From NCBI GenBank assembly GCA_963707505.1, contig CAVPQB010000003.1, forward strand, positions 160,001 to 224,000: a stretch of 64,000 nucleotides of DNA. The letters are read 5' to 3'. Source of the stretch: an uncultured Gemmatimonadales bacterium. GTDB lineage: Bacteria; Gemmatimonadota; Gemmatimonadetes; Gemmatimonadales; Gemmatimonadaceae. The translations under genes were made by a program, and so were the position numbers. Below the pieces are notes generated by a model. It worked only from the letters and a program-made list of their open reading frames with translations. It searched no databases and was not told the DNA's origin. This document shows, piece by piece, positions 13,371 to 22,242 of the stretch; position 1 is the stretch's first letter; each line of letters opens with the position of its first letter.

Positions 13371-14266
13371 GAATGCTTCACCGCGTGTCCGCCGAATTCG
13401 TTGCGCAACGCGGCGATCACCTTGGCGCCGAAGCTGTCGGGTTGGCGCGACCGGAGTCGCATCAGCAATGAAAGCGTGATGACGGGGGCCGGTACGTTGA
13501 GGTCGATGGCTTCCTGCACCGTCCAGCGTCCCTCCCCACTGTCTTCCACGTAGCCCTTGAGATCGGTGAGGTTGCCGTCGCGCGCGAATGCCTGTGCGGC
13601 GAGCTCATTGAGCCAGGAGCGGACGACGGAGCCCTGATTCCAGAGCGCCGAGATCTGCGCGAGATCGAGTTTGAACTCGCTCGACGCGTGTAGTATCTCG
13701 TAGCCTTCCGCGTACGCCTGCAGCATGCCGTATTCGATTCCATTGTGAACCATCTTCACATAATGCCCGGCTCCAGTGGGACCGACGTGAGCATATCCGT
13801 TCGGCGGCGCGAGTGTCGCAAACAACGGCTCGCACAGCTTGAACGTCGCGTCAGACGCGCCGACCATCTCGCAATAGCCTTCCTTCAATCCCCACACACC
13901 GCCGCTGGTGCCAGCGTCGACGAATTCGATTCCCTTCGCCGTCAATTCGATGTTGCGGCGCATCGTGTCGTGAAAGTTCGAGTTACCGCCGTCGATTATC
14001 ACGTCGCCGCGATTGAGATGCTGTGCCAGGTCGTTGATCGTGTCGTCGGTCGGCTTGCCAGCGGGAACCATCACCCACACGATGCGTGGCGCCGAGAGCT
14101 TTGAGACCAGATCTGCGATGCCGCTGGAGGCGGTCGCACCGAGTGTCACGGTGTGCTGCACGGCGTCCGGGCTACGATCATAAGTCACGACGGAATGTCC
14201 GCCGCGAATGAGGCGCTCGGTCATGGCGCCACCCATCTTGCCGAGTCCGATCATTGCGAGTTGCAT
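13367..14266 (-). CDS. gnd: 6-phosphogluconate dehydrogenase, decarboxylating (short type)
   Basis: [38 protein letters not shown]. Confidence 0.95.
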   Translation of the reverse strand: MQLAMIGLGKMGGAMTERLIRGGHSVVTYDRSPDAVQHTVTLGATASSGIADLVSKLSAPRIVWVMVPAGKPTDDTINDLAQHLNRGDVIIDGGNSNFHDTMRRNIELTAKGIEFVDAGTSGGVWGLKEGYCEMVGASDATFKLCEPLFATLAPPNGYAHVGPTGAGHYVKMVHNGIEYGMLQAYAEGYEILHASSEFKLDLAQISALWNQGSVVRSWLNELAAQAFARDGNLTDLKGYVEDSGEGRWTVQEAIDLNVPAPVITLSLLMRLRSRQPDSFGAKVIAALRNEFGGHAVKHS

Positions 14267-14301
14267 GATGTCTTTGTTTGGTGAGAGACGGTACTATTTT
14301 A

Positions 14302-14907
14302 TTAACGCACGCCGAGCACGGCGAGGCCGTCGCGTACCGCGTTGGTGTCGGTTGCGTGAATGCAGTGTACGCCGCGGTCGCGGACCGGCGCAAGATTCTC
14401 CTCGCGATCGTCGATGAACACCGTGCGCTCCGGATCCGCGTGAGCTATTGCGAAGGTCCGGTCATAGAAGCTCGCATGGGGCTTCTGCGCTCCGACGTAG
14501 GCAGACGTCAGGAATGCATCGAAGATCGGGAGCAGGCCGAACAGCTTCACTCGAAACTCATTCAATTCCGCTGACTCGTTGTTCAGAGTCATCATGCGCC
14601 AGCGCTGCTTGGATGCAATGGCCGTCATCAGATCGAGCGCGGCGCGATTCGGAATACTCTGCGCGTACATGAAGTCTCTGAACTGCTCGCGCGTGAATGC
14701 GCGATTCTCGTTGAACACAGCGAAGTCGAGATATTCGTCGAGCGTCATTCGACCGCACTCCAGCGTGTCGACGGCCTCCTCGTGTCGTCGCTCGAACGGC
14801 TGGAATTCCAGGCCGAAGTGCCTCGCGGCGAGCGCGCGCTCGTTGTGATCCCATCCATTGGATCCGAGCACGCCGCCAACATCGCACAGGATGAGCTCGA
14901 TCGCCAT
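14302..14907 (-). CDS. HAD-family phosphatase
   Basis: Motif I DVGGVL, KP motif, FIDDREEN. Confidence 0.88.
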   Translation of the reverse strand: MAIELILCDVGGVLGSNGWDHNERALAARHFGLEFQPFERRHEEAVDTLECGRMTLDEYLDFAVFNENRAFTREQFRDFMYAQSIPNRAALDLMTAIASKQRWRMMTLNNESAELNEFRVKLFGLLPIFDAFLTSAYVGAQKPHASFYDRTFAIAHADPERTVFIDDREENLAPVRDRGVHCIHATDTNAVRDGLAVLGVR

Positions 14908-14908
14908 G

Positions 14909-15544
14909 TCACTCACTCGTGAGCACCGCGCGGGCCGGCGCGCCGTCACAGCCGACGAGCCTGATCGGCAGACAGTAGAAGTTGTACCGTCCTGCAGGAA
15001 CGTCGTTGAGGTTGAGTCCTTCGACTATCACGACGTGGGCGCCGAGCAGGGTGAGATGCGTGCGATGGTGACCCGAGTGGAATTGCTCGATCGAGAGATA
15101 GTCGATGCCGACGAGCTTCACGCCGAGTCCCACGAGATACTCTGCGCCATCCGGAGCAAGATAGGTGTAGTCGTTGTGGAACGCGGGATCCTGGGTGAGA
15201 TAGGCCGAATTTCGTGTCTTGAGGAGCACACGCTCCGTACCGGCGAGATCGTGCGCGGCGAGATCGGAACGCGTGACCGAGGTAGTCTCGGGGCCGTATT
15301 CCAGTACGATCGCGGGCCCCATCAAAGTTTCGAGCGGAATCTGGTCGACGCCTTTCCCGTCATTGAAAAAATGGCGCTCCGCGTCCACATGCGTGCCCGT
15401 ATGCGACCCGAACGATACGTTCGATACGTTGGCTCCAGCACCCAGCGCGATGGATTGCTGGAGTGAGATGTGGATCTCCGGATTTCCGGGATAGACCAAT
15501 CCCCCATCCCGAATCGGGACGCTCACGTCGTAGATTTTCGTCAT
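14909..15544 (-). CDS. Cyclase-family metal hydrolase (KynB-like)
   Basis: HTGTHVDAERH metal motif, GIDYLS, IVEGLNL, DGAPARAV. Confidence 0.9.
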   Translation of the reverse strand: MTKIYDVSVPIRDGGLVYPGNPEIHISLQQSIALGAGANVSNVSFGSHTGTHVDAERHFFNDGKGVDQIPLETLMGPAIVLEYGPETTSVTRSDLAAHDLAGTERVLLKTRNSAYLTQDPAFHNDYTYLAPDGAEYLVGLGVKLVGIDYLSIEQFHSGHHRTHLTLLGAHVVIVEGLNLNDVPAGRYNFYCLPIRLVGCDGAPARAVLTSE

Positions 15545-15598
15545 ACCTCCGTGCTAGCAACTGTCGTTCCGTGAATGGTCGTGCCGAGACTTGAGAAC

Positions 15599-16303
15599 AT
15601 GCGCCTATCGATGCCACAAATCGCCGTCGCCGTCTGCCTCATCGCCGGGATTCTGCCCGGTACCGCACAGGCTCAGCGCCGGGACCTCCGCGAAGAGCCC
15701 AGACCGACGATTTCCCGGTCGTCCAACGGAATATGGCTCCTCGATCTGCCACCCGCGATGGAGGACGCGTTGGACCGCTACAACCGCGACTTCGAGCCCT
15801 GGACGCAGCAGGATTATCGTGGCCTGCCGGACTACGAGCCCTCGCCGCGACAGGTGCCCTGGGCGGTGATCGGTGACTTCAACGGCGACGGGCGGCCCGA
15901 TCTCGCGATAGCGGGGCGAACCGACCGGGATGTCGTTGTGGTCTTCGTTCTGTCGTCGGGCCGGAGCAAGTATCGCGCGTTCGACGCCGATCGTGAGCCG
16001 TACGACCCGGACGACCGGCTGTCCATCAGGCCGCCGCAGCTCACATATATGTATCCTGGGCGATATGTGGTCGCGGACCCGCGGCTGAACTATCCCCGCC
16101 AGCTGGTCGTGAGTCAGCCTGCGGTGCAGATCACGGGCGGCCGGCGGCAGGGTGCCGTGATCTACGTGGTCGAGAACAACGCGGTTGTGCCGTACTATCT
16201 CTCGGATCGAACCGCTGCGCCGCCAGCAGTCGGCGGCCGTCCGGGCGCGCGGCCGCAGGCGCCCCCAACGCGGCCTACGACGGGAAGCTCGGAGAACCCG
16301 TAG
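15599..16303 (+). CDS. Exported hypothetical protein with one FG-GAP/VCBS-like motif
   Basis: Signal peptide ending AQA, GDFNGDGRPDLAIAG, Pro-rich tail. Confidence 0.7.
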   Translation: MRLSMPQIAVAVCLIAGILPGTAQAQRRDLREEPRPTISRSSNGIWLLDLPPAMEDALDRYNRDFEPWTQQDYRGLPDYEPSPRQVPWAVIGDFNGDGRPDLAIAGRTDRDVVVVFVLSSGRSKYRAFDADREPYDPDDRLSIRPPQLTYMYPGRYVVADPRLNYPRQLVVSQPAVQITGGRRQGAVIYVVENNAVVPYYLSDRTAAPPAVGGRPGARPQAPPTRPTTGSSENP

Positions 16304-16691
16304 CGCTCAGTATGAAGCGCGGAATATCGGCGGTGAACGTCTCGCCCTCGTCATCGCCGGTCGCGCGCACGAAGAAGTACTGTCCTTCCATGTAGCCCTC
16401 GCCGCTCTTCAGTACGCAAAAGCTCTGGTACTCGTGCACTCGTCCCGGTGCAATCAGCGGCTGCTCTCCCACCACGCCGTCGCCAACGACTTCGGTGTCT
16501 TCACCGATCTCGTCGTGAATCAGCCAGCGGCGCGACAGCAACTGCGCCGGCCTGTCGCCAACGTTTTCGACACGCACGAAATACGCGAAGACGTAATGCT
16601 GCGCCGCCGGATCTGACTGGTCGCGCAGGTAAACGGGGCGAACTGTTATGCGAATGCCACTGGACATCCGGTAGAAGAACGGGGTGGTCAC
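16275..16691 (-). CDS. apaG: ApaG protein
   Basis: QLLSRRWLI, GDGVVGEQPLI, YQSFCVL, GYMEGQY. Confidence 0.95.
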   Translation of the reverse strand: MTTPFFYRMSSGIRITVRPVYLRDQSDPAAQHYVFAYFVRVENVGDRPAQLLSRRWLIHDEIGEDTEVVGDGVVGEQPLIAPGRVHEYQSFCVLKSGEGYMEGQYFFVRATGDDEGETFTADIPRFILSATGSPSFPS

Positions 16692-16738
16692 TCTGGCATT
16701 CCTACAGTGAATCGGGTGAAAAAATTCGTTGCGTGAGC

Positions 16739-16766
16739 GGTCCCCGCCTTCGCGGGGACGATGACA
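16739..16766. repeat. Single REP-like palindrome
   Basis: Reverse complement TGTCATCGTCCCCGCGAAGGCGGGGACC, same family as the 35.0 and 53.8 kb units. Confidence 0.7.
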
Positions 16767-16772
16767 ATATTA

Positions 16773-18836
16773 CTACCAGATCGATACGGACTGTGCAGCG
16801 GGCCGCGCCATTGGAGCGCCAGTCTTGCAGCCCCACGCCGCGGCGAATGCCGGCATGTTCGAGAGCGGTGCATTCACGCGCCATTCCGCTGGACTGTGCG
16901 GGTCCGTAGCGATGCGGAGACGAGCTTCTTCCGGCCTGGTATTCGACCGCCATATCTGTGCCCACGCAAGGAAGAATCTCTGTTCAGGTGTAAAGCCGTC
17001 GATCTTCGTACGCGGCTTGTTGCCCAGCGCTTTCTCCATTGCAGTGTACGCTACTGTGAGGCCGCCGAGATCGCCGATGTTCTCGCCATTCGTGAGCTTG
17101 CCGTTCACGTGGAGTGAATCGAGAATCGTGTAGGTGTCGAACTGATCGGCGTACGCTGCGGTTTTCGCCTTGAAGCTCGCGAGATCGGCTTTGGTGAACC
17201 ATGTCTTCAGATTGCCCTGTGCGTCGAACTGCGCACCCTGGTCATCGAATCCGTGGCTCATCTCGTGGCCGATTACGGCGCCCATTCCGCCGTAATTCAC
17301 CGCGTCGTCGGCATTTGGGTCGAAGAACGGCGGCTGCATGATGCCGGCTGGAAACACGATTTCGTTCATCAACGGGTTGTAATACGCGTTGACGGTCGGC
17401 GGACTCATCCCCCAACGGGTGCGATCGACAGGCTTGTTGATGCGCGCGATGTCGTCCGCGTTGTTGAATGCGGCCACGGCGAGGCTGTTGTCGTAGTACG
17501 ACGCACCCGGTTTGATATCCATCGCCGAGTAGTCCTTCCATTTGTCCGGGTAGCCGATCTTCTGCGTGAATGCGTCGAGCTTGGCGTACGCCATCCTGCG
17601 TGTGGAATCGCTCATCCATGGACGACTCGCAAGCCGCTCCCTGAACGTCGCCTTGATGTTGTTCACCATCGCCGTGGCGCGAGCCTTGGCTTCCGGCGTG
17701 AAGTAACGCTGCACGTAAGCCTTGCCGAGCGCCTCGCCCAGCGCGCGATCGGTTGCCGAGATGCAACGCTTGTAACGCGGCAATTGTTCCTTTGCACCCG
17801 ACAGGTTCTGGCTGAACGCAAACGCCTCGTTGACGAACGGCGAGCTGAGCGTGTTCGCCGAGCGACTGACGAGATTCCACTTGAAGTACGTCTTCCAATC
17901 GCTTACCGGGACAGTCTTCAAGAGCGAGTCGACAGTCACGAGGAACCTGGGATTGGATACGTCGATCGCGGTAACGTTGCTGGCCTTCTCTGCCGCAAAG
18001 AGCGCGTTCCAGTCGAAATCAGGCGTCAGCGCCTGCAACTCGGCTGGCGTCTTGCGATTGTAGGTGATGTTCGGGTCGCGCATCTGCACTCGCGTGAGAT
18101 GCGACGCAGCGATCGCAGTCTCGAGTGCAAGCACGCGCTGCGCATCGCTCGCGGCCTTGTCGGGCGCCTCGCCCACCAGCGCGAGATCGTTCGCGACGTG
18201 CTTGACGTAAGCGTCACGTAGCGCGACGGTATGCGCATCGGTCTTGAAATAGTAGTCGCGATCCGGCAGCCCGATGCCGCCCTGGCCGATCCCGCCAATC
18301 ACCTCGCTGCTGTTTTTCGCGTCCTGCGTCGATCCGAATCGGAATACGACTCCGCGACCGGCCGCAGCCTGGGCGATGATGTATTTCTTCACATCCGCGG
18401 GCGTGGTCAATGCATCGATCTCGTCGAGCGACGCCTTGATCGGCGTGTAGCCTGCCTTCTCGATCGCAGCCGAGTCCATACACGCTGCGTAGAAGTCGCC
18501 GACCTTGCGAACGGCGGGGTCCGGGGCTGTCGTGCGACTTGCCGCAGCGTCGTCGAGCACGTGTCGCAAGTTCTCATTGTTCTTGTCGGCGAGCTCGTTG
18601 AACGCACCCCACTGCGAATACGCAGCGGGAATCGGATTCGCCTTCATCCAGCCGCCATTGGCGAACTGATAGAAGTTGGTGCACGGCGCGCAGGTGGTAT
18701 CGAGGTTTATCGGATCGAGCGGCTTGGTCTGTCGATAGGTCTCCTGGGCGCCAGCGGTCGCGCCAGCGGTCGCGCCTGCGGTGCTGGCAATGAAGACGGC
18801 GATCAGTGCGATGCGGATTCGTTGCATGGCTGGCAT
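16773..18836 (-). CDS. M13 family (neprilysin/PepO-like) exported metallopeptidase
   Basis: Signal peptide, FYQFANGGW, VNAYY, GHEMSHGFDDQG, GENIGDLGG, DPHSP. Confidence 0.96.
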   Translation of the reverse strand: MPAMQRIRIALIAVFIASTAGATAGATAGAQETYRQTKPLDPINLDTTCAPCTNFYQFANGGWMKANPIPAAYSQWGAFNELADKNNENLRHVLDDAAASRTTAPDPAVRKVGDFYAACMDSAAIEKAGYTPIKASLDEIDALTTPADVKKYIIAQAAAGRGVVFRFGSTQDAKNSSEVIGGIGQGGIGLPDRDYYFKTDAHTVALRDAYVKHVANDLALVGEAPDKAASDAQRVLALETAIAASHLTRVQMRDPNITYNRKTPAELQALTPDFDWNALFAAEKASNVTAIDVSNPRFLVTVDSLLKTVPVSDWKTYFKWNLVSRSANTLSSPFVNEAFAFSQNLSGAKEQLPRYKRCISATDRALGEALGKAYVQRYFTPEAKARATAMVNNIKATFRERLASRPWMSDSTRRMAYAKLDAFTQKIGYPDKWKDYSAMDIKPGASYYDNSLAVAAFNNADDIARINKPVDRTRWGMSPPTVNAYYNPLMNEIVFPAGIMQPPFFDPNADDAVNYGGMGAVIGHEMSHGFDDQGAQFDAQGNLKTWFTKADLASFKAKTAAYADQFDTYTILDSLHVNGKLTNGENIGDLGGLTVAYTAMEKALGNKPRTKIDGFTPEQRFFLAWAQIWRSNTRPEEARLRIATDPHSPAEWRVNAPLSNMPAFAAAWGCKTGAPMARPAAQSVSIW

Positions 18837-18864
18837 GGCTCGGTGTTGGTGGATTGTGACTGTG

Positions 18865-19440
18865 CTACCGCTTGGCGGTCCGCTTTCCTTTCGCTTTCTT
18901 GCTGCGGCGTACCGGCTTGGACTTCAGGATGCTGCCTCTGCAATTCGGCGCGCCGCAGAGACACTTGTAGAACTTCTCGAGCTCGTCGTCGTTCTCGCCA
19001 GTGCGCTCGTACTGGTAGTCGTATGCGAGCTCCTCGCCAGGTTGTATCGTACGCACTGCCTCTATGAAGATTCGACCATCTTCAATCACCGCTTCGCAGT
19101 TGGGATCGCACGAGTGGTTGATGTAGATCGATTCGTTCCCATTCACTGCGCCGTCCACGACCTTCCTCGGCGTGAGCGTGAACAGGAAGGTGTGATGGCG
19201 CTTCATGCCGGTCTCGTCGTAGCGACTGTCGGCTTCGTCATTCGAGATGCGCTCGCCGGCGTATTCGATTATGCGCTGACCCTTCCGAATCCTGGTATGG
19301 GCGAATGCGCCCCTCCCCTGAATCCCCGACTGGCGCACGTCGAAGTAACGGGAATGCATGTTCGCAATCTTCGCCGTCGGATTGCGTACCACTTCTGCGG
19401 CTGGCTTGCGCGCTACCGTCTTCTTCTTACGGGCTGGCAT
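18865..19440 (-). CDS. SET-domain protein-lysine methyltransferase with post-SET
   Basis: GRGAFA, IIEYAGE, INHSCDPN, GEELAYDY, CLCGAPNCRG; TGATG overlap with fahA stop. Confidence 0.94.
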   Translation of the reverse strand: MPARKKKTVARKPAAEVVRNPTAKIANMHSRYFDVRQSGIQGRGAFAHTRIRKGQRIIEYAGERISNDEADSRYDETGMKRHHTFLFTLTPRKVVDGAVNGNESIYINHSCDPNCEAVIEDGRIFIEAVRTIQPGEELAYDYQYERTGENDDELEKFYKCLCGAPNCRGSILKSKPVRRSKKAKGKRTAKR

Positions 19441-20762
19441 CAGCTTTCTTCCGCCACGATCATCGCTCGGCATTCCCCGAAACCGATACGGACGCTTCCT
19501 TCACGCTCGCAATATCCACGCATTATCACTTCGTCTCCATCTTCGAGAAATTGTCTTTGCTCGCCGGTGGGCAGAGCAATGGGCTCTGCGCCGCGGCGCG
19601 TGATTTCGAGCAGGCATCCGCGCTCGTCCTTCCCCTGACCCGACACCGTTCCGCTCGCGATGAGATCGCCGGGCCGGAGGTCGCAGCCATTACTGGTGTG
19701 ATGCGCGACCATCTGCGCCATGGTCCAGTACATATCCCTGAATGTACCATGGCTCAGGCGTACCGGCGCGATGTCAGCGTCGCGCATCTGCTGACTGGAG
19801 AGATACACTTCGAGCTGGATGTCGTAGCCCCCTTCCGCCTGATCGGTCTCGTCGTTCAGGTAATCCAGCGGCGCGGGATCGCCGGCCGGCCGTGCGAACG
19901 CCGGCACCCTGAACGGCTCCATCGCCTCGCGCGTCACGATGAATGGAGAGATGTTCGTCGCGAAGCTCTTGGAGAGGAAGGGGCCGAGTGGCTGATATTC
20001 CCACGACTGGATATCGCGTGCGGACCAATCGTTCACCAGACAGAACCCGAACAGAGTCTCTGACGCATCGGAGATCGGAATCCGATCGCCGAGTGCGTTG
20101 CCACGCGCGATGAATGCGCCGACCTCGAGCTCGTAGTCCAACTGACGGCAAGGACCGAACGTCGGCACAGCCTCGTTGGCGGGTTTGGTCTGTCCGTGTG
20201 GACGAACCACGGTTTCCTTGAGCGAAACCGAAGATGCGCGGCCGTGGTAGCCAATCGGCACCCACTTGTAGTTCGGCAACAACGGGTTGTCGGGGCGGAA
20301 CATGCTCCCGACGTTCGTGGCGTGGTAGATCGACGCGTAGAAGTCGGTGTAGTTGCCGATGCGTGTCGGCATGTAGATGATCGCGCCATCCATCGGATGG
20401 AGCAGATTCCGAGGGAGGCGTATGCCGCGATGGGTGTGCCCGTTGCCGCTCAGCAGTGCACTCACTTCCGCACGTAGCGCGGAGAGGTGGTCGTCATCGA
20501 CGGTCATCAGCTCGTTGAGCGTGGACTGCGCCGCGACGTACACTGCATCCGCAGCGCGTCCCGTGAACAGACTCTCGTCGGCGCAGACGGCGAGGTCGAG
20601 TATCTGATCACCGATCGCTATACCGCCGCGCGGAACCGCTTCTGCGTCGAACTCGCTGAACACGCAGAACGGGAGGTTCTGGATCGGGAAATCGCAGCCC
20701 GGCACGTTGGCGGACTCGACCCAACATGGCAGCGACGGATCGTGTGTGAGGTTTGTTGGCAT
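19440..20762 (-). CDS. fahA: Fumarylacetoacetase
   Basis: DFPIQNLPF, YTDFYASIYHA, YHGRASS, LDYELE, NDWSARDIQSWEYQPLGPF. Confidence 0.96.
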   Translation of the reverse strand: MPTNLTHDPSLPCWVESANVPGCDFPIQNLPFCVFSEFDAEAVPRGGIAIGDQILDLAVCADESLFTGRAADAVYVAAQSTLNELMTVDDDHLSALRAEVSALLSGNGHTHRGIRLPRNLLHPMDGAIIYMPTRIGNYTDFYASIYHATNVGSMFRPDNPLLPNYKWVPIGYHGRASSVSLKETVVRPHGQTKPANEAVPTFGPCRQLDYELEVGAFIARGNALGDRIPISDASETLFGFCLVNDWSARDIQSWEYQPLGPFLSKSFATNISPFIVTREAMEPFRVPAFARPAGDPAPLDYLNDETDQAEGGYDIQLEVYLSSQQMRDADIAPVRLSHGTFRDMYWTMAQMVAHHTSNGCDLRPGDLIASGTVSGQGKDERGCLLEITRRGAEPIALPTGEQRQFLEDGDEVIMRGYCEREGSVRIGFGECRAMIVAEES

Positions 20763-21668
20763 TCAGGAGATTGAGAGGGCTCGGAGATCGTCTACCGGCT
20801 CGCGGAAGGAGCAGGAGCCGAACGAGATGATGAATCTCTGTCGCGCGTCGCGAATTACTGCGGTGGCGACGGAGTGGTTGTCGAACGCGACAGCAGCATC
20901 GGAGAAGTGAAAATCGTGTGGTGACTGCGACAGCAGCGCCGAAAGAACAACGCTCTCGTCGGCTCCATCCCACGCGAGTACCGCTGCTGTGAACATGTTG
21001 AGATAGCCGAACATCGTTCCGCGCGGCGCGTCGGCAGCGTAGGTGAGCGCATACTCCGCGCGCACCGGATGATGCAAGCCAGCCGTCAGCTTGAACGCAA
21101 CGCGCGCGTCTCGGCAGCGGACCATGAACCGCACAACGTCTTTCGCATCCGGAAACGCAGTTTCCGTAACTCCTCCGGTGCGAGCTTTCGCAAAGCCGCT
21201 GCCTCGCTTGATCGCGTCCACCAACTCAAGGGGATCATCGCCGATCGGGATCTCGAAATAGGGCGCGAATTGCCGGGGCATGATGCTGCATGCTGCCGCG
21301 ATCTCGGGCGCTGTCGACGCCTTGATCTCCAGTGCGTCGATCACTGCATGTCCGATTTCCGATTCGTTCCAGTGACGGCAGTTGAACTTGAGTGCGAGAT
21401 CGACGTCGGCGCTGAGATCGGGACCTGGCAGCGCGCTCAGCCGCCATGGCTCACTCGTTGCGCCGCGCGGCAACAGCGGTGACGCAGCGTCGTCGAATTC
21501 ACGGAGCCGCATCACGGGTACGACAAAGCGACCGAGCATCCTGCTGGCAGGGTCGCCGAGGTACCGGGCATAGGACAGCGTCGCCGCGGCCATGTCGAGC
21601 GCCGCGGGCGGAAACAGGCCGGCGTAATCCACCGCACCTGCCAGCAGAACTTCAAGGGCTTGCTTCAT
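20763..21668 (-). CDS. Conserved hypothetical protein abutting fahA
   Basis: Host-like codon usage; motifs VDYAGLFPPA, AKARTGG, FKLTAGLHHPVR, GYLN, SFGSCSFREP; stop directly adjacent to fahA ATG. Confidence 0.85.
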   Translation of the reverse strand: MKQALEVLLAGAVDYAGLFPPAALDMAAATLSYARYLGDPASRMLGRFVVPVMRLREFDDAASPLLPRGATSEPWRLSALPGPDLSADVDLALKFNCRHWNESEIGHAVIDALEIKASTAPEIAAACSIMPRQFAPYFEIPIGDDPLELVDAIKRGSGFAKARTGGVTETAFPDAKDVVRFMVRCRDARVAFKLTAGLHHPVRAEYALTYAADAPRGTMFGYLNMFTAAVLAWDGADESVVLSALLSQSPHDFHFSDAAVAFDNHSVATAVIRDARQRFIISFGSCSFREPVDDLRALSIS

Positions 21669-21753
21669 TCGCTGAGGGCGAAATCTATTGGATGGGACGG
21701 TCCCGGTCACGCCGGACGAGCGTCGATACCATAGTGAAAGTGGCCTGATTGCG

Positions 21754-21781
21754 TTGACAGGATGCCGCACCTGACTAGATT
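21754..21781 (+). promoter_or_regulatory. Sigma70-type promoter for tRNA pair
   Basis: TTGACA-16 nt-TAGATT, 11 nt before tRNA-fMet. Confidence 0.7.
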
Positions 21782-21792
21782 AGAAACTCTGA

Positions 21793-21866
<74 letters not shown>

Positions 21867-21878
21867 TATGTGGAATTT

Positions 21879-21907
21879 CGACGGCCGGCCCCTCGGGCCG
21901 GCCGTCG
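21879..21907. other. 13-bp perfect hairpin in tRNA spacer
   Basis: CGACGGCCGGCCC-CTC-GGGCCGGCCGTCG. Confidence 0.6.
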
Positions 21908-21938
21908 TTACGTTGTACGGGAGAAGTATGGAGTGTAC

Positions 21939-22012
21939 GGCAGGGTAGCTCAGCTGGTGAGAGCGCACGACTCATAATCGTGAGGTCGCGGGTTCGATCC
22001 CCGCCCCTGCTA
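21939..22012 (+). tRNA. tRNA with CAT anticodon, probably elongator Met (Ile2 not excluded)
   Basis: GGCAGGG/CCCTGCT acceptor, TAGCTCAGCTGG D-arm, CACGA-CTCATAA-TCGTG, GGTTCGATCCC. Confidence 0.93.
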
Positions 22013-22024
22013 CTGCATCATAAA

Positions 22025-22062
22025 AACAAACCCGCCCGCGCTCACACGCTGGCGGGTTTGTT
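22025..22062 (+). terminator. Intrinsic terminator after tRNAs
   Basis: AACAAACCCGCC...GGCGGGTTTGTT inverted repeat with T-rich end. Confidence 0.75.
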
Positions 22063-22136
22063 CATGTGCGGGTCCGGCGTACCCAATTGAAGGATCGATC
22101 GGCCGCAAGGCGATCACGGGCATCCGCACGGCGTTC

Positions 22137-22172
22137 GCTGAGCGGTAGCTGAGTGGTAGCTGAGTGGTAGCT
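22137..22172. repeat. 11-bp tandem repeat x3.3 (GCTGAGYGGTA)
   Basis: GCTGAGCGGTA GCTGAGTGGTA GCTGAGTGGTA GCT. Confidence 0.9.
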
Positions 22173-22242
22173 CTGGCTCCTCCGGCGCCCTACCCCTACC
22201 TTACAGAATAGAATCGGCAATTCGTTCTCCCGGAGAGGACTA

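Noticed and set aside
18748..18780. 12-bp tandem repeat in the M13 peptidase signal region
   Set aside because: In-frame AGAT repeat near the cleavage site; ordinary slippage
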